From contig NC_091989.1 in NCBI RefSeq assembly GCF_044704955.1, positions 98,270,001 to 98,334,000 of the forward strand: a stretch of 64,000 bases of DNA, read 5' to 3'. The DNA comes from Pristiophorus japonicus. Lineage: Eukaryota. The notes beneath the pieces are model-generated. The model made no database searches. It was not told the DNA's origin and saw nothing but the letters and a program-made list of their open reading frames with translations. The translations under genes and the position numbers were made by a program. The first letter of the stretch is position 1. Each line of letters begins with the position of its first letter. Of the stretch, positions 62,369-64,000 are shown piece after piece.

Positions 62369-64000
62369 ATTCCGAGAGCGGCCCCGACCTCGGTGAGTTC
62401 GGGAGGCCAGGAGTCTGAGGAACAGGAGGCAGGCGAGGCGTTCACAGCCCTTATCCAGGCAGGTAAGTGGTTGGCTGTTTGATTGGTAAGTATCTCGTTT
62501 TTTTCTTTTTCTTTTTAATTAGATTTTAAATTAGGTAAGTTTAATTAGGGGTATGGCAAGGCAGCTTATTCCCATGGACTGCACATCCTGTGGCATATGG
62601 GAAGTTCTGGACGCTTCACATGGCCTAGACAACCATGTGTTCAGGAGGCGTCTACAGCTTCAACTACTTGAGCACTACATTTCAGAGCTCGAGCGGTGGC
62701 TGGAGTCACTACGGTGCATCTGTAAGATTGAGAGCTACGTAGATAGCACGTTTCAGGAGATGGTCACCCCACAGCTTAAAAACATGCAGGTAGAAGGAAA
62801 GTGGTGATCACCAGATAGAGTAAGAATGCTAGCAGGTAGTGCAGGAGTCCCCCCCTGTGAGTCCATCTCACTTTCTCTTCTGAGCACTGGTGATGCTGAG
62901 CAGAGGGCGATGGTGCCTCTGGGGAGAGCAGCCAGAGAAGCATTTCTGCGGCCATAGACGTGACTCCAGAATGGTATGGTGCCTCCCTGGTGCCAGGGTC
63001 AAGAATGTCACAGAGCAGATGCAAGGCATTCTGGGGGGGAGAGGGTAAAAAACTAGAGGTCGTGCTCCTTTTTGGGAACAATGACATAGGTAGAAAGTGG
63101 GATGAGGTCCTGCAGGCAGGATTTATGGAGCTAGGAAGAAAATTAAAGGGTAGGACCTCAAAGGTAGTAATCTCTGGGTTACTACTGGTGCCACGTGCTA
63201 ATGAGTACAAGAGTAGAATGATCGAGAGTTTGAACGCGTGGCTGGAGAGTTGGTGTAGGACGGAGGGCTTTCAATTCCTGAGATCTTGGGACTGCTTCTG
63301 GGGGAGATGGGACCTGTACAAACCGGACGGGTTGCAACTCAACAGTGCCGGGACCAAGATCCTCACGGGGAGTTTTGCTAGTGCTGTTGGGGAGAGTTTA
63401 AATTAGCTTGGCAGGGGATGGGAACCTGTGAACAAATTCAATAGGGAAGCTGAAATTGGATAGCAAGAATTTAGAAAGTGAATCTGTAAGACAGAGAAAT
63501 CAAGGGTTAGTAAGTACTAATCAAGGAGGTCTTCCTGTGCTAAATTGTATATTCTTTAATGTAACGAGTATAGCGAATAAGGCGTATGAGCTAAGAGCAC
63601 AGGTAGATACTTGGGAGTATGACATTATAGCCATTATAGAGAGAAGATTTGGCAGCTCAATAGTCCTGGTTACAGGATTTTTAGACAAGGCAGAGAGGGG
63701 GGTCAAAAGGGCGGGGGATGGTGTTATTGATTAAAGTAACTATTACAGCGGTGAGGAGGGATGATATGTGAGAGGGATCATCAAATGAGGCCATATGAAT
63801 TGAAAAATAAAAAAGAGGCGATCACACTGATGGGCGTGTATAATAGACCCCAAACAGTGGGAGGGAGAAAGAAGAGAAAATATGTAACCAATTTGCTGTG
63901 AAGTCCAAAAACCATAGGGCAGTAATAGTAGGGGATTTTAACTATCCTATATTGATTGGGACAAATTTAGTGGAAAGGATATAGAGGGTGCGGAATTTTT
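62369..64000 (+). mobile_element. CR1 LINE 5' part (5'UTR, decayed ORF1, start of ORF2), runs off the window
   Basis: MARQLIPMDCTSCGIWEV, SKVVISGLL, WDLYKPDGLQL, CIFFNVTSI; 5'UTR motif GGTAAGTGGTTGGCTGT shared with the CR1 at 43621-43637. Confidence 0.93.

Noticed and set aside
45846-62482. Many long ORFs (up to 704 aa) rich in E/S/G/R or L/S/P
   Set aside because: The 26-bp unit has no stop codons in most frames on either strand; the peptides are just the translated satellite

Overview
Repeat-rich vertebrate DNA; the CR1/RTE/Deu-SINE repertoire points to a cartilaginous fish (inference). The main host content is a spliced + strand Ig-superfamily gene (ATG 27672): leader, a single germline-joined V-J exon, one C1 exon, a TM exon with an N-terminal Arg, and cytoplasmic exons ending near 34149. 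It resembles a non-rearranging antigen-receptor-like (VJ-C1) / NKp30-related receptor. The window start (1-2250) is a diverged paralogous copy of this gene's 3' end, and its terminal exon (664-837) keeps ITIM-like tyrosines that the downstream gene appears to have lost. This suggests a tandem paired (inhibitory/activating) receptor cluster. Other content: an LTR-int-LTR-int-LTR Gypsy tandem with a chimeric middle LTR (12786-21931); an intronic solo LTR absent from the paralog; a Harbinger transposase split by a bipartite RTE-derived element; a three-level SINE>RTE>CR1 nest (36787-45869); and a ~16 kb purine-rich 26-bp satellite with higher-order repeats (46150-62368) at the 5'UTR position of a CR1 LINE. 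The long ORFs in the satellite are artefacts. All alignments were done by eye, and repeat boundaries without TSDs are approximate.
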